From Podarcis liolepis (lineage: Eukaryota), in assembly GCA_965112155.1 (NCBI GenBank), contig OZ218103.1: a DNA stretch of 64,000 bases, one strand, 5' to 3'. The translations under genes and the position numbers were made by a program. The notes under the pieces were generated by a model that saw only the letters and a program-made list of their open reading frames with translations, made no database searches and had not been told where the DNA came from. The stretch's first letter is position 1; every line of letters begins with the position of its first letter. Shown piece after piece: positions 25,215-38,067 of this stretch.

Positions 25215-25464
25215 CAGTCGCACCTTGGTTTTCAAACGCATTGGGAGTCAAAGGTTTTGGCTCCCAAACAATCGAAAACCGGGAGTGATTGTTCCGGTTA
25301 TCAAATGTTCCTTGGAACCCGAACATCCAACGCTACTTCCGTGGCTTCCGATTGGCTGCAGGAGCTTCCTACAGCCAATCGGAAGCTGCACGTTGGTTTC
25401 CGAACGTCTTGGAAGTTTAACGGACTTCCAGAAAGGATTCCGTTCGGCTTCCAAGGTACCACTG
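25215..25464. mobile_element. Tc1/mariner (Tigger-like) MITE
   Basis: TA|CAGTCGCACCTTGG ... CCAAGGTACCACTG|TA; internal palindrome CTTCCGATTGGCTG..CAGCCAATCGGAAG. Confidence 0.8.
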
Positions 25465-28400
25465 TATATGGTTTATTTACACATATATACAAACCTGAAC
25501 TTAGATGAAAGGTTTGCAGAGAATTCACATCCGAAGCAGGCCAGGCTTCCTCGATAAACGCAGCTTTGTATTTAAAGAACAGCAAAAGGCCATCCTCTGT
25601 GTCTCTTTGTTACAGCTTCTCCCAGACAGCCCACATCAAGTTGCCCCCCACCACTAACCCACCCACCCGCTTGCCAAGCCATTTGCAAAAACTGACGCCT
25701 TTTCCCTGTTCACTTACATCATCCACCCTGAAATCCTACACCCCTTTGGTCTCTGCCCACCAACACACAGCTTGTCTCACAGTGTTTGCTTGATGGTTTC
25801 CTTGATGAGCTGTCACTAGTCTTTGTGTCTTAATGGCTTACACCAGTGGTTCTGAAAGGGTGTGGCAGGAGAGAGGGCAAGTGGGGTGGGAAGACTAAAG
25901 GACAAGCAAAGAAACATAAACATTTCAGCATGGTGTAGTGTAGTATCAAAATTACATATTTATATATACACAGACACAACCAGAAACAGTATGATTTGTG
26001 CTCTTCTGTAGCTACATTGTTTTTATACTTTCTGGATGTCCCATGAGCATATTATAAAGTAGTTGTGTTCTGTTATGCATCAAACATTGCTAGGAATTGT
26101 TTCTTTTTGGTTTGCAATTTATTTCCTACCAATAAAAAAAAATGGTGTGACGTGAGCAAATTTTTATTCTGAAAGTGTGGCCCAAAGAAAAAAAGTTTGA
26201 GAACCACTTAGCAAGACCTGTCAAGCTAGCCTGGCTTGTTAGAATGAGCTTAAACCCAGGAAAGTCCATGTTTGGCAGTTTAATCACACCTTGATTAATT
26301 CTAACTTTTGACAGTTCTAAGAATTATGGGTGACCTGCACCCACAAACCCCAGCATATAAAAATACGTTTTGGCTCCTGTGTCTGTAACAGCTATAAACT
26401 CCTTCTGTGCAGCTTTACAAAGTGTGGAGATACAATGATGAAGAAAGCTTCACCATCGAAGTTTTTGCCTGCCTTGCAACCAATAAAGGCATCTGAACCC
26501 CACCAGGCAAAATGCACCACACCTGCTTGCATAGAAGCCAGCTTCTAAGGGCCGAGAGGTCTTTGGCCCTGCCTCAATAAAATAGTTTAGAGGGCTGCCC
26601 CACCCCTCAAAAAAGGTTTATGGTCATTGCCATACAATGTAGGGATTGTAGAAAAAATAAAACAAGTTTTGCAGAAGGGTAGGGGCTTTACAAAAATCCC
26701 AAGTGGCAACAAAACTTAAAACAGCCCAATGAGGACTGAATACGCTCTCTAAGACATAGTATTTAGAGTGATCTAGAAAAAGAAAAGGGGAAAGTGGGGT
26801 GGGGTGGGGAGGGAATGGCTGGCTGGCTTCCTTCCTGCCTGAAAAGGATTACTCATTTTAGGAGGGAGGAGGCACTGCAACATTTTGTTGCAAGTCCTCT
26901 TGTTATAGCCAATTAGAAAACTGTTGGCTATGGTTTATTCTGTGTCTGGAATTTTGGAGGTATAAGGATGCCCTGAGCATAACTCTGAACCTATCTAAAA
27001 ATCCCTACATAGGAAGCTTATAAAAAAATAAGGAATTACCTCTTGACAGTACACAGAGGCAGTAATTGCCAGATTGGGTCAGCCCTGTGAATTGCCGATT
27101 TGTATAGTCCACAGTGTTGATTAACAGTGGATCTTTCGAAGGAGACTGCACACACCATAAAATCATTGAGTTGGTGTGTTGGAAAGTATCTCCAGGGTCA
27201 TCTAGTCCAACCCCCTACATGCAGGAATCACCGCTAAAGAGTTCTTGACAGATGGTCATCCAGCCTCTGTCACTGAACCTCTGAGCAGATTCCAGGCCTT
27301 AAAATGAGTGGTTCCAGGCATTAAAATCAGCACCAGGTGGATGTGGAAGGCACAATATCTTCAGCAGATGGCTCTGCATTTCCATGTGCTGCCTTTTAAA
27401 TTTACCTATTGCCTCTGTTGTAATAACAAATACGTTTAAAAATAGAAATCTATTTCCTTCTGTTCTCTTCCAGAATGCAAACAATTTTTAGACTTCGATA
27501 TATTTCAGGGATCTATTACACACCAACACATATGGCAGAGCTAGGAGACCATGTAATGCTGATTTTGCAGGGGCACTGCAAATTCAGGTCTGTCAGGAAA
27601 TGCTGCATTTTTAGAGCAGGGCAAATTTAGAAACTTTTATCCCAGATGGAGAATAATCAGTCAGAAATTAACTCACTGCTTTTTTAGCTGCGGCGCTGCT
27701 CTTGAAACTGGGTCTCACTTTTAAGAGCTGCGCTGAACACGCTCTTCTCCCCAGCTACTCAAGAGCTGTCACATTTATCTCCTAACCTTTTGACAAGGAC
27801 TTCAGGGCCTTTGCCCCTTATCCCCTTTTTTATTCTACTTTTTAAAATGTTGCTTACATGGTGGCTTTCCTCCTAAAGTCACCCTAAATTTGCATGTGGG
27901 TTTTTATGCAAATTTATGGTCCAGGCCTGAAGATTTGTAAGGATCTTGGGGGGGGGGGTGGCCCTGATGGAGTGAGTAGACATGTTTCCATTCCGTACAC
28001 CACAGCCAACTCCGACGTTTTATCTCACAAGCTCCGCATGCAGAAGGCAGAGCCATGGGGGCTGCTCTGCTTCCACAGCTGAAGGCAGTCGTGTTTCTGA
28101 ATACCAGTTGCTGGAAGCCTACCCACCTGGTAGGAAAAGTTGAACCTCCCTGTTCTAGATAGTGTGCCAAGAGGGGTTGTGCCTCTCTTGCACAAAGGCA
28201 GATGTTACATCAGTTGCTATGCCTGCTTTTCCCCTTTTGCATGTGGCCCTTGAAAGCTTGTCCAGAATGAAAGATGGCCCTTGGTCTGAAAAACATTGCT
28301 CTCTCCTGAATTAGCACTTCAAAGCTAGGAATACGGTGTTGTTACCAACTACCACTACATTGATTGTAACTGTGCTTACCTTGTGCATATTTGAGTTTTG

Positions 28401-29144
28401 CTTAGACATGAGACAGATTTCTTGCATTTCGTGTTTTTTGGTGCCAATATTTTCTCCCTCCCTACCATCGTGTGTGTGTCTTCCAACAGAATAAGACTTC
28501 ATCCCTCTGCCAGCATGGCATCTAGTCCACAAAAGGTGATGCCACAATCAATCTGTGAGCATTGAAGGTGCCACAAGACTTTTTGCTTTTTTCTGCTACA
28601 GCAGTAGATTATCCCCTCTGGAATTTGATACCTCATCTTGCTTCAGAAATCATTGATTCAGGTTTGTTATGCTGAATTAGCAACTCTCATTAACATGGAC
28701 AAGAAATCCCACGATATTTCAACCATGAATCACTGCTCTTTGTCTTTGGTCGTTTGCACTATGCCTGCACTGAAGTTTTAAATCCATGCCCCTTGGAATG
28801 CATAACATAATGGCCATTTACAAAGAGACCTTTGAGGACACAGTTATGAATTTGTGGAGGGAGTTCTAATACTGAGGAGCTACTCATTAACCAGGACCAC
28901 TTTCCTTGCCATTTAATCCACATCACCTCCAGTTAGCCCATTGAATCTTGGAAGTTTACCAGCCAGAAATTAAAGAGACAAAGAGCTATAGCTTCAGGAT
29001 AACTTAAACTGGTGGGCTAATTTGTTTTAAAAGACCTGTTTTGGGTTATAAAACCTAATAATAATTATAATTATAAGACCTGTTTTAGGGTGGGGGGGAG
29101 ACCTTAGTGAATCCTCGAGTCAAGGGGGTTATTAATGAGAGTAT

Positions 29145-31026
29145 ATGGAGATTACAGAAGAACCAATGTCAGAGGAAGGAGAGGAAGGAGAAGCCACAGC
29201 ATGATATGTCTTCTTGGTGTCTTGAAAACAACATGCACCACATTTGCAGAAAGGCTTGGTGACCCAAAGAGAACTTGGGGGAGGGGGAGGCTGAGACATC
29301 ATCTCGGAAAAGTGGTGCATGGAAGGGCGTTGCTGCGAGGTGATTCCTCAAGTTAGTCATCATTACGCTGCCTTCCTGCTCCCATCTGTCTGCTCTTTTC
29401 CCCATGCATTCTGCTATCTCTGCCTCCAGTCCCACCATTCAAGGGGAAAGGATCTAACTGTAAATGTGCATCCTTTCTCAGTGTATATTAACCAGGGGAT
29501 CCAGGAAAACTTTGAAAAGGAAGTGATTGCAAGAGACTTCTGGGTGTGACTCAGTGTGGTTATGGCAGCAGAGTCATCTGTCTCCATGGCACAGTCTCTC
29601 TTCTTGGCTAGCTTGCCTTCTTTTTCCATGCTGCAGTTCATCAACGGGAAGCTTTTCAAGCTGCGGATTCCCCATCCCAGCACATTGGAGTTTCCTCTGG
29701 CACCAGAGCCTCTCCACCCACTCCTAGTGTGCGCACACCCTTCCTTGGATCAGTTTTGGTTTCGGCATGTTTTTCACACCGTTGCATTTAAACAAATGTT
29801 CTCCCTCAACTTCACAGACCACCAATATGCTCAGGCACAGATGCCCTCCCTCTGGCAGGATGATGTCACATAGGAAGGAATGATGCCCACCATGGCTGTC
29901 ATGCGGGACCACATCAAAGCAAGGCTCCTTTCACAGCCGCTGGAAACTGGGTTAGACTCCAAATAACAACTAGGGTAGAAGTGTGGGCGGATGTCAACAG
30001 AGGCAGTGACAAAAGAGAGCAGTTTGTTGGGGGTGGAACAAATGACAGGTGGAAAAGAAAATGGGGTGCAAATTGTTCTAACCATGTGAGTGGAACAGAC
30101 CTACCCCGGATTTCTCTTGAACGAGCATCAAACAACATTGCAAAACATGCTTGAGAAAGGCATAGGAGATGTCAAACAAACACCCCAGAGAGGCAGTACA
30201 TTCTTGGAAGGTGAGTCCTAGAAATACAAGATGGGCTTTTTGAAGGCCATAATATCAGCACCTGCATGTGGGGGTGCTGTGTTATACTGAATTATACCTT
30301 TAATCCATCTAGCTGAGCTCAGCATTGTCTATTTTAACTGGCAACAGTTCTCCACCTTTTCAGAAAGAAGTCTTTCTTCCCAGTTCATGCTGGTGATTTG
30401 ATTTCTCCTCCTGTCTCCCTGCCCCCCCACTACTCTGTGTCCCTCCCTTGCCTCCCATCCTCTCAGATCATTTCTCTTTCCCTCCTATCCCCAGTTGCTC
30501 TGCTTTCCTGATCAGCTGCTGATACGAGCCTTGTAAAAACTCATGGAATTGGAAGTTCTTCCAATTGACAAACTTTTCAAGTGGGGGAAATGGAACCAGC
30601 CTTCCCACCTCTTAACGAAAGGGTGCATTGAGTGGAGGGTTGGTGGCAGTCAGAGACTTCATGGGCACCCGGGAAGTCGTAGAGGATGCAGCTGCACCCA
30701 TGGGTGCCACAACTGCAATCACACAGCCTAGCCAGTCATGTGAGAGTGAGTGTGTGCAGCCAAGTATTTCTGCACTGCAATGTTATCTGGCCATCAGTAA
30801 GCCAGCCACTGCCCAGCAAGCATTTGAGGAAGAAGTAGCTGGCAATGTGAAAGTGAAAATGACTCTAACTGCCTTTGTGTTAGAAGGAGCAGAAGAGACA
30901 CTGGACGCTTTGTTTTCACAGCCAAGTCAGGGAGAGAAGGAATTCTCCAGGGAGAGAAAATATAAAAGGAGGAATTCTTGGCCTGTGAGACAAATCTTCT
31001 CCCACCCCAATGCCCTCAGCTTTTAA
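29145..31026 (+). pseudogene. Candidate decayed two-exon protein-coding relic of unknown family
   Basis: One frame from ATG 29145 to donor GAAG|GTGAGT (30210/30211) has 8 stops in about 355 codons; polypyrimidine tract and CAG acceptor at 30515 in compatible phase; a 132-codon open stretch 30628-31026 follows a one-base shift; no homolog recognised. Confidence 0.3.
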
Positions 31027-32383
31027 CCCAGAAGTACAATGTAGTCTCAGAAGGATGAGTTCTCTGTAGCATCTCTCATGCCATACACACCCTCCCCCTA
31101 GAAGTTGTGCAGCGTGATAATCTATCATTGGACAAAAAAAAGAGAAGGGAAATAGCCACCAGACGAGGTCCGCACTTTGTGACATTTGTAGTTCCCAAAT
31201 AAAGTTTGGAATGGCAATAAAAAAAACCCTGCAGGTTACAGGGAATATTGTGCTGCATAGGAGGAGATGCAAAGGAGAAGGTTCTCATGCAGGGATGAAG
31301 GCAGTAAATCAGAGAGGGAAAGGGCAGCAAGTCCTTGAAAGCAGAGAGAAAGGACTGCCTGCCCAATGGATTTTGCCACCAATTTGACACGTGTTACAGA
31401 ATTCCTTGTAAAGTCAGCAGAGGTTATGGGGCTTCACTCTCAGGCACTCATAGCTGCGGTGAAAGCTGTTCCATTAAGACAAATGGGGCACTTCCCCACA
31501 AGTCTTAGTTTGTCCTCAGTCAACCCCCACTGACCTGCCTCCTTTCTTTCTTACAGCCAGTCCGTGGGGTGTCCCTATAACATCAGTCTTGGTGTTGTCC
31601 TTGTAGAACACGGGACAAAACTCAAATTGAGTTGCTCTGCCTGCCATTGGTTGGGGTGCCACCTGCTGTCAGTGGTGGACCTACATTTCAGGGGCACTGA
31701 AGCTTGAACTGTCACGGGGACCCCTTTGCTAATAAATCCCCCACGGCCCTGCATAAGGGGCATTGGGGTTGGCCTGTGCTGTTGCTACCCTCTTCAGCAC
31801 TCAGGGGTTCTGTGACAGAGAAGTCAATGTGCCAAGCATCCCATGGAACTAGGTGGTTTTTAAATCACCAGCCTAAGGGAGAGGTGCCTGTAGACATTTC
31901 ACCTGCATGCTGATAGGCAGGTAACAGAACTGGCCTGCCCATTATGCCTGGTTAAGTGAACGCCTCAGGCAGCAGAAGTGCAAAAAGAGGCACTTCGCCC
32001 ACCTGCCCCACTGCTTCCACCACTGAGAGGGGCGGTTCTAGTACGCGACATTGCTGCTTGTGTTCCCTGCCCCCAGAAAGGGAAGTCAAGCAAGTAGCAA
32101 CAATTTGCGGGGCGCCCCAGCTCCCCTGAGTTCAGTGAGACCTGGAGCCCCCCATCCCAGGGTAAGCCAATTGGCAACACTTGGAGGAGTGCCCTGGCTG
32201 CTGCTGAGTTTGGTGAGAGATGGGGCCCTGCCATGGCGGAAGTGGGATGTAGGGCAAGGAGGCAGCACTTCCTGTTTCGTCTCAGGTGGCAAAACAGGAC
32301 AGGCCATTCCTGTCAGGTAGTGAGAGAATCAGGCACAAAGCACACAGAGATACAGAGGGATAGCCTTGTGCGTTATCAAGGCC

Positions 32384-32786
32384 CGGTGGCATAAGAAGGG
32401 GTGTGTGGTGGGTGTGGCTGTCCCGGGTGTCATCTCTGAGGGGGGTGACAAAATAGCAAAAATATGTGTTTTTAAAATAAAAAAATTGGGTGGGGCTCAC
32501 GACACTTTATTATTATTATTATTAAAAACGAGTTTAATAATATCATCTGACAATTAATTAATCTCAACAAGTCAACATAATATGTACTGAAACTTTTTAG
32601 TTCAGCCAACAAATGCAACAAAACATGGCTGAACTCGATGCTAAGTAGTGGAGAGCGTATGGATAAGGAACTGTGTGTGTGTTTCTTTCCGCCGAAGTCT
32701 GTCTCTGCAGCTTGCACTCGAGCGAGGGGTGGGAGGTGAGAAGAAATTTTCCGCACCGGGTACCACCTGACCTTGCTATGCCACTG
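32384..32786. mobile_element. hAT MITE
   Basis: TIRs CGGTGGCATA / TATGCCACTG; perfect 8-bp TSD TCAAGGCC. Confidence 0.85.
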
Positions 32787-34664
32787 TCAAGGCCTGGTAT
32801 TTTTCACTGAAGTCCTTTCTTTTCAGCAAGGCCAACAGACGGCTGCACTTGACCTAACTTTCATTGCAACCACTCGCTAATCTTTAGGAAACAGGGCAGC
32901 TATTGAGGAGGTTACCAGACAAAAGGATGTTGTGCAGGAACCTCCCATTCCCCAGAGGTTTTCCTGCCCCAGTCTTCTATGCTGGCTGGTCTGAATTTAT
33001 ATCTGCTCACTCTTCAATGGAGAACAATCCTTATCAGGGGTTGGCAGCCTAGCCCACTTGCAAGCGTAGCATAGCCGTTGGCAACTTGATTCCATTGGGA
33101 GGCAGCAATAGCAGTGCATTGTCTCCCACGGACATTATAAAATGTGCATGTTGCTATGAATGCAGGGCACATGCAAGGGAACCCGACTGCTATTGACAGC
33201 CACAAGTCCAGTAAATGGTGGGTTGAGAGCAGGGAGGGGGGAGAAATTCAGTTCATTCCACATTTAAAGGCAAATTTACCCAATTCACTCTTCCAAAACA
33301 AGATGCATACCAAAACACAGCCTTCCATCGAAATTTGTAACGCAGTTTTCTAGGCAAGTAATGCGTACAAAAATGAACATGCTAAAGTGTGCATAAAAAG
33401 CATCTGTTGTTTAAAATAGCAGACACAAATGCTGTAGGAAGTATTGCTCTCCCAAAATGTATATATTAGGACAAATTGCTTACAAATATCTGTCTGTTCG
33501 AGAAATTCACACTCAAATGCTGCTGAATTTTCAGAAGAACTTGTTAAATTCATAACTGATATACCGTAAATTCATAAACTGTTTTCTAACCTCAAGGCTG
33601 CTTCGTGGGGGCAGGGCTCTGGTTTTCATTCTGATTGTGGGTGGGTAAGAAAGGGATAAACCTCCCTCTCCTCATGCCACAATCTTGATAACATGTGTCG
33701 GTGTACACATCCCACCAGTAATTAATTAAAGGGGGAAACGAGGCGTACCTCATATAGTTTGGCCCTCAGAAAATCAGTTGTGAGCCCCAGGCACAATAAT
33801 CCCAGACACTGTGAAGAAATAAGGCAAAAGAAACTCTGAGCATGTAAGGAGTGCATTTCTCATGTCATTGAGCAAATAGCCATATGCAAACACAGTTAGG
33901 ATAAGAGTCTGTCTTCTGGATAAAATTAATCCTAACTGTGTGGCTTTTTAGAAATTAGACAATGATTGTCAGTGGCAGGGGGTGGGCAGGGTGGATATGG
34001 TACCAAATCCTCCTTTTCTTTTTTGATAAAGAGTTAAACAAATTCAGAAATGAAGTCACTTTGAGTTCTGGTTTTAAAATACATTCAATCCCCTCTTGGC
34101 ATAGCTCTGTGTGACTTGCAGGTAAATTTCCATAGTTGAGGCAATAACCTTCCCTCGGGAAATTCTGTCTTTTTAATACGATTAAGGGGGGTAAAAATTA
34201 GTGAGGAATTAAATATAGCACGGAACAGAAGAACAATTAACAGCTGCCATTAGCAGCCACTGGACCAACCAGCAGTGGGATGGAGGCCGCAGCCGGATGG
34301 AAAGGGAGGCTGGCCGGGGAAGCAGACAGGCATTATCCGGTAGTGATTGGAAATCCTAACCAGCTTCGTCTGGCACAGAAGTTTCAGCAACTAGAATCTG
34401 AATGCCTAGCGCCTCCATTGGCAGCGTGGTCAGGACCACACTAAGCACGCAAGTCTCTTGCCTTCATTTAATCAGAAGTAAACATACACCCTTAATAGTT
34501 TCTTTGTGCTTCCTACTTCCTTGAAAGATGAACTGATTGTAGGGCGAAGGTCACACCAGCTCCATATACATGGCCAAACACCATCACTATCGGGGAAATA
34601 ATGTTAAGTAGCAGGGTGTTGTGGTTTTATTTCTTTATTTCATAAAACTTATACGCCTCTTGAT

Positions 34665-35048
34665 CAGAGCTGTCTTAAGCATATTGGGCGCCGTGGTGCA
34701 AAGCTCCCTCCAGCCCCCCAGCCCCCCCATTTCCCAGAGTTGTCAATCCTTTTTTAGGGAGGGCAGCACTGCTGGCGGGGCTGGAGGAGGCGGGCAGCGA
34801 CTGGAGGGCAGCGGGGGAGGCTGGACGCAGCGCCTCCCAGCTCAGCTGGCTGTTTCATGCCGCAGTGGCCATTGCAGATGGAGGCTCCAGGCGTGGCGCT
34901 GCTTCGGCCTGGCATGGCGGAGGTGCGCGAGGGTGGCAAGCCGATGCCGGGAGGCGCCGCATCCAGCCTCCGTCTCTTTCCTGGTGCCCTCCAGAACTTG
35001 GCGCCCTGGCGCCCCGCACCACTACCCTCTATGGGTAAGACACCCCTG
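34665..35048. mobile_element. GC-rich hAT (Tip100-like) MITE inserted in a decayed L2-like tail
   Basis: TIRs CAGAGCTGTCTTA / TAAGACACCCCTG; TSD ctcttgat/ttcttgat (7/8). Confidence 0.8.
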
Positions 35049-36517
35049 TTCTTGATTGGAAAAAAAGAAAAAAGAAAAACAACCTCAAAGCGGTTTGCAA
35101 AAAGATAAAACAATAAAACCGAGGAAAGAATCACAACCTGACTTTTACAAAATTTAAAATACTAAAGCAGATTAAAATGAAAGTTTAATCAACTTTCTCA
35201 ACATCTGGGTAGACTTGTCTAAACAAGAATGTTTTCAGCAGGGGCCAAAAACAGTACTATTGATCTCAGTAGGCAGAGAATTGCAAAGTGCAGGTGCTGC
35301 CACACTCAGTGATCGAGTTCTTAGAAATGCAGAATGGGTATTATGTGGCACGCTTCACTGCTTTCATATGCATTTCCAAAATAAATTATAACGCCATCTC
35401 CTAATATGCAATTATAAGATTGCAACTTTCAATACAGGCTCCCTTACAGAGGTGGTATAATGCCAACCTCCGCCCTGAAACTCTGTTAGCGACTTTGCAA
35501 AATAACCTCAAACTGCTGTTGTTCAGCCCCCATACCCCTCTCATATATACTGGATTGTCCCCCACAGCACAATCATTCAGGCAGCAGCTTAAGACCACTT
35601 TGTTCCTGCCGGCTTTGGGGGCATAGCAGGAGTGACGCCATTTGTACAATGAAAGTTGGTGATTATTTACATTTGATTCTGTAAGGTGGTTCTACTTTTG
35701 CTTTTAGTTCTAGAACTAATGCTGCAGTTCTGTTGGTAGTTGTCCTGGCCTCTCGTAAGAGGAGTGGAGGGATAAAAGGAAAATTAACAGTGGTAGAAAA
35801 GAAAGAGGGAAGGAAGTTCCTGTGTGAAATGTAATGGGATCGTTAACCACCCCATGTTCAGTATTTATATTATTACCAATCTCTTTCCCAGCGATATAAC
35901 TCCAGGCTGTGACCCTCCAAGCTTCTTTCTCTTGCCCTTGAAATTCTCCTCAGGCCATACCACTCCCTGCCACTGTTTCACATCTGAAGTCTTTTGCCTG
36001 CCTGGAAGGCGCCCTGGACCTCTGACAATACCTGTTGCTTGTCTGGATGGAGGACAGAGATGGGTGTGTATAGAAACTAGCCTACTGTACAAAGATAAAA
36101 TTCATACCGTTCAACTGTCCTGATTCAAGCAGGACATCCCAGATTTACAGAAGCCATCTCAGCTTCCGATTGCATCCTGGTATGTCCCAGTTTTTGGTCC
36201 AGCACAATGGCATTTGAGTCAGTTGGCTTGCAGCAGAGCGCAGGACCAAAAGGTGCTTGTTTTTTGGTCTCACTCTTGCATGAATCAGCTGGTTCCCACA
36301 AGAGATCAGGACCAAAATACGCTGGTTTGGGGCCACACACTCTGACATGACTCAGCTGGCTCACAACAGAGCACCGGACCAAAAAATGAGCATCCCAATT
36401 TTGACATTGGTACGAAAATCTGTATGCATCCACTTTTGCCTCTTGGCCCTCAGAAAGCTGATCAGAAGGGAATGTGGCCCTGAAAAAGATTTCCTACCCC
36501 TATTATAACCTCTACTA

Positions 36518-36866
36518 AAGGTAAAGGGACCCCTGACCGTTAGGTCCAGTCGCAGACGACTCCAGGGTTGCGGTGCTCATCTCGCTTTATTGGCCGAGGG
36601 AGCCGGTGTACAGCTTCCAGGTCATGTGGCCAGCATGACCAAGCAGCTTCTGGCGAACCAGAGCAGTGCACGGAAACGCCGTTTACCTTCCCGCTGGAGC
36701 GGTACCTATTGATCTACTTGCACTTGATGTGCTTTTGAACTGCTAGGTTGGCAGGAGCAGGGACCGAGCAACGGGAGCTCACCCCGTCGTGGGGATTCAA
36801 ACCGCTGACTTTCTGATCAGCAAGTCCTAGGCTCTGGGGTTTAACCCACAGCGCCATCTGCGTCCC
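36518..36866 (-). mobile_element. Sauria SINE
   Basis: Same consensus as the 20428 copy; 15-bp TSD TTATAACCTCTACTA. Confidence 0.92.
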
Positions 36867-37693
36867 TTATAACCTCTACTAGAAGATGTGAATAAAACCA
36901 AGATGTGAATAAAACCAGCCGGAAGCCCTAGTAAGCTTCATTCATCCACTACATATACTTCAAAAGAAGAGGGACCTTGGAGATTAAGGGTTTATTTTTT
37001 TCTGCTGATGCTACTACTAGCTGGACAAGGGTCTGGAAAATGCAACCTCCCTAGCTGCTAAGTAATCAGGGAACCGTATCTCCACTTGGCTCCCACAGGA
37101 AATCAATTTCCTTCCCTCCGGGCAAAACAACAGACAGACTGGTTTTAAAAGCTTTAGATTTGGGGAACGCTATTCCTTCATCACTTGTTCTGCTGAATCA
37201 CGGCAGCATCACATTCCGCTCTTTAGAAAATGGCTAGATCAAAAGAGGTTATTTAAATATAAGGAAACAGAGAATGTCCGTAATGTGGATTGGGGGCTGC
37301 TTCATCTGTTATGAAGTTCTGGCCTGGAAAATGTGATGTACAATTTACTATGAAACTTATGCACACATAATAAATGCTCGTTTCGGCCGTATTTATCCAT
37401 GTGCATGCTCTAGGAAGTTGTAATTGCGCTACTTGGGGTAGTTTTATGAATCTGGACAACTGCTTGGCATAATTTAGTGCAAGACAGCCATACTATTCTG
37501 TGACACAAAAAGGCTACCTTTCTAGGTTCCCCCTACATCAAGAAGTTCATGATAGTATGAGCTGTTCAGCAATGAAACAGCCTCAGAAGATGTTGGGTCC
37601 TCCTTCACTGGAGGTCTTAAAGCAGAGACTGGGTGGCCAAATATCAAGGATGCTGCAGTAGTGGACTTCCTACATTAGCAAGGGGCTGGAACA

Positions 37694-38067
37694 CAGAGGT
37701 GGAGTGTGGTGGTGGGGGGGGGGCGGCACGCACTGGGTGCCATCCCTGAGGGGGGTGACAAAATCCTGGCTGGGCCCGATCACAGCTATGCTGGATTGCA
37801 CACACCCCCGGCCTGGCCGCCAGGCCAGAGCACACCCCCTGGCCGGACGTGATCGCCCCGCCCCCTGGGTCGGGAGTCATGGGGGCAGCGTGTCCTTACC
37901 CTGCACTCCCGCCTGGAGGAGGCAGGCAGATTGGGGAGAGGATGGGAAGGAGGCAGGTGAGCAAAAACAGAGGGGGGGGCAGGAATGGGTGCCACCCGCC
38001 CCATCCCATTCCTCCCTATGGGCGATTCGCACCGCCCCAGGTGCCAGAGAGGCTTCCTTCACCACTG
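37694..38067. mobile_element. GC-rich hAT MITE inserted in an old CR1 3' end (about 37530-38110)
   Basis: TIRs CAGAGGTGGAG / CTTCACCACTG; TSD ctggaaca/ctggacca (7/8); flanks read as a CR1 tail. Confidence 0.75.
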
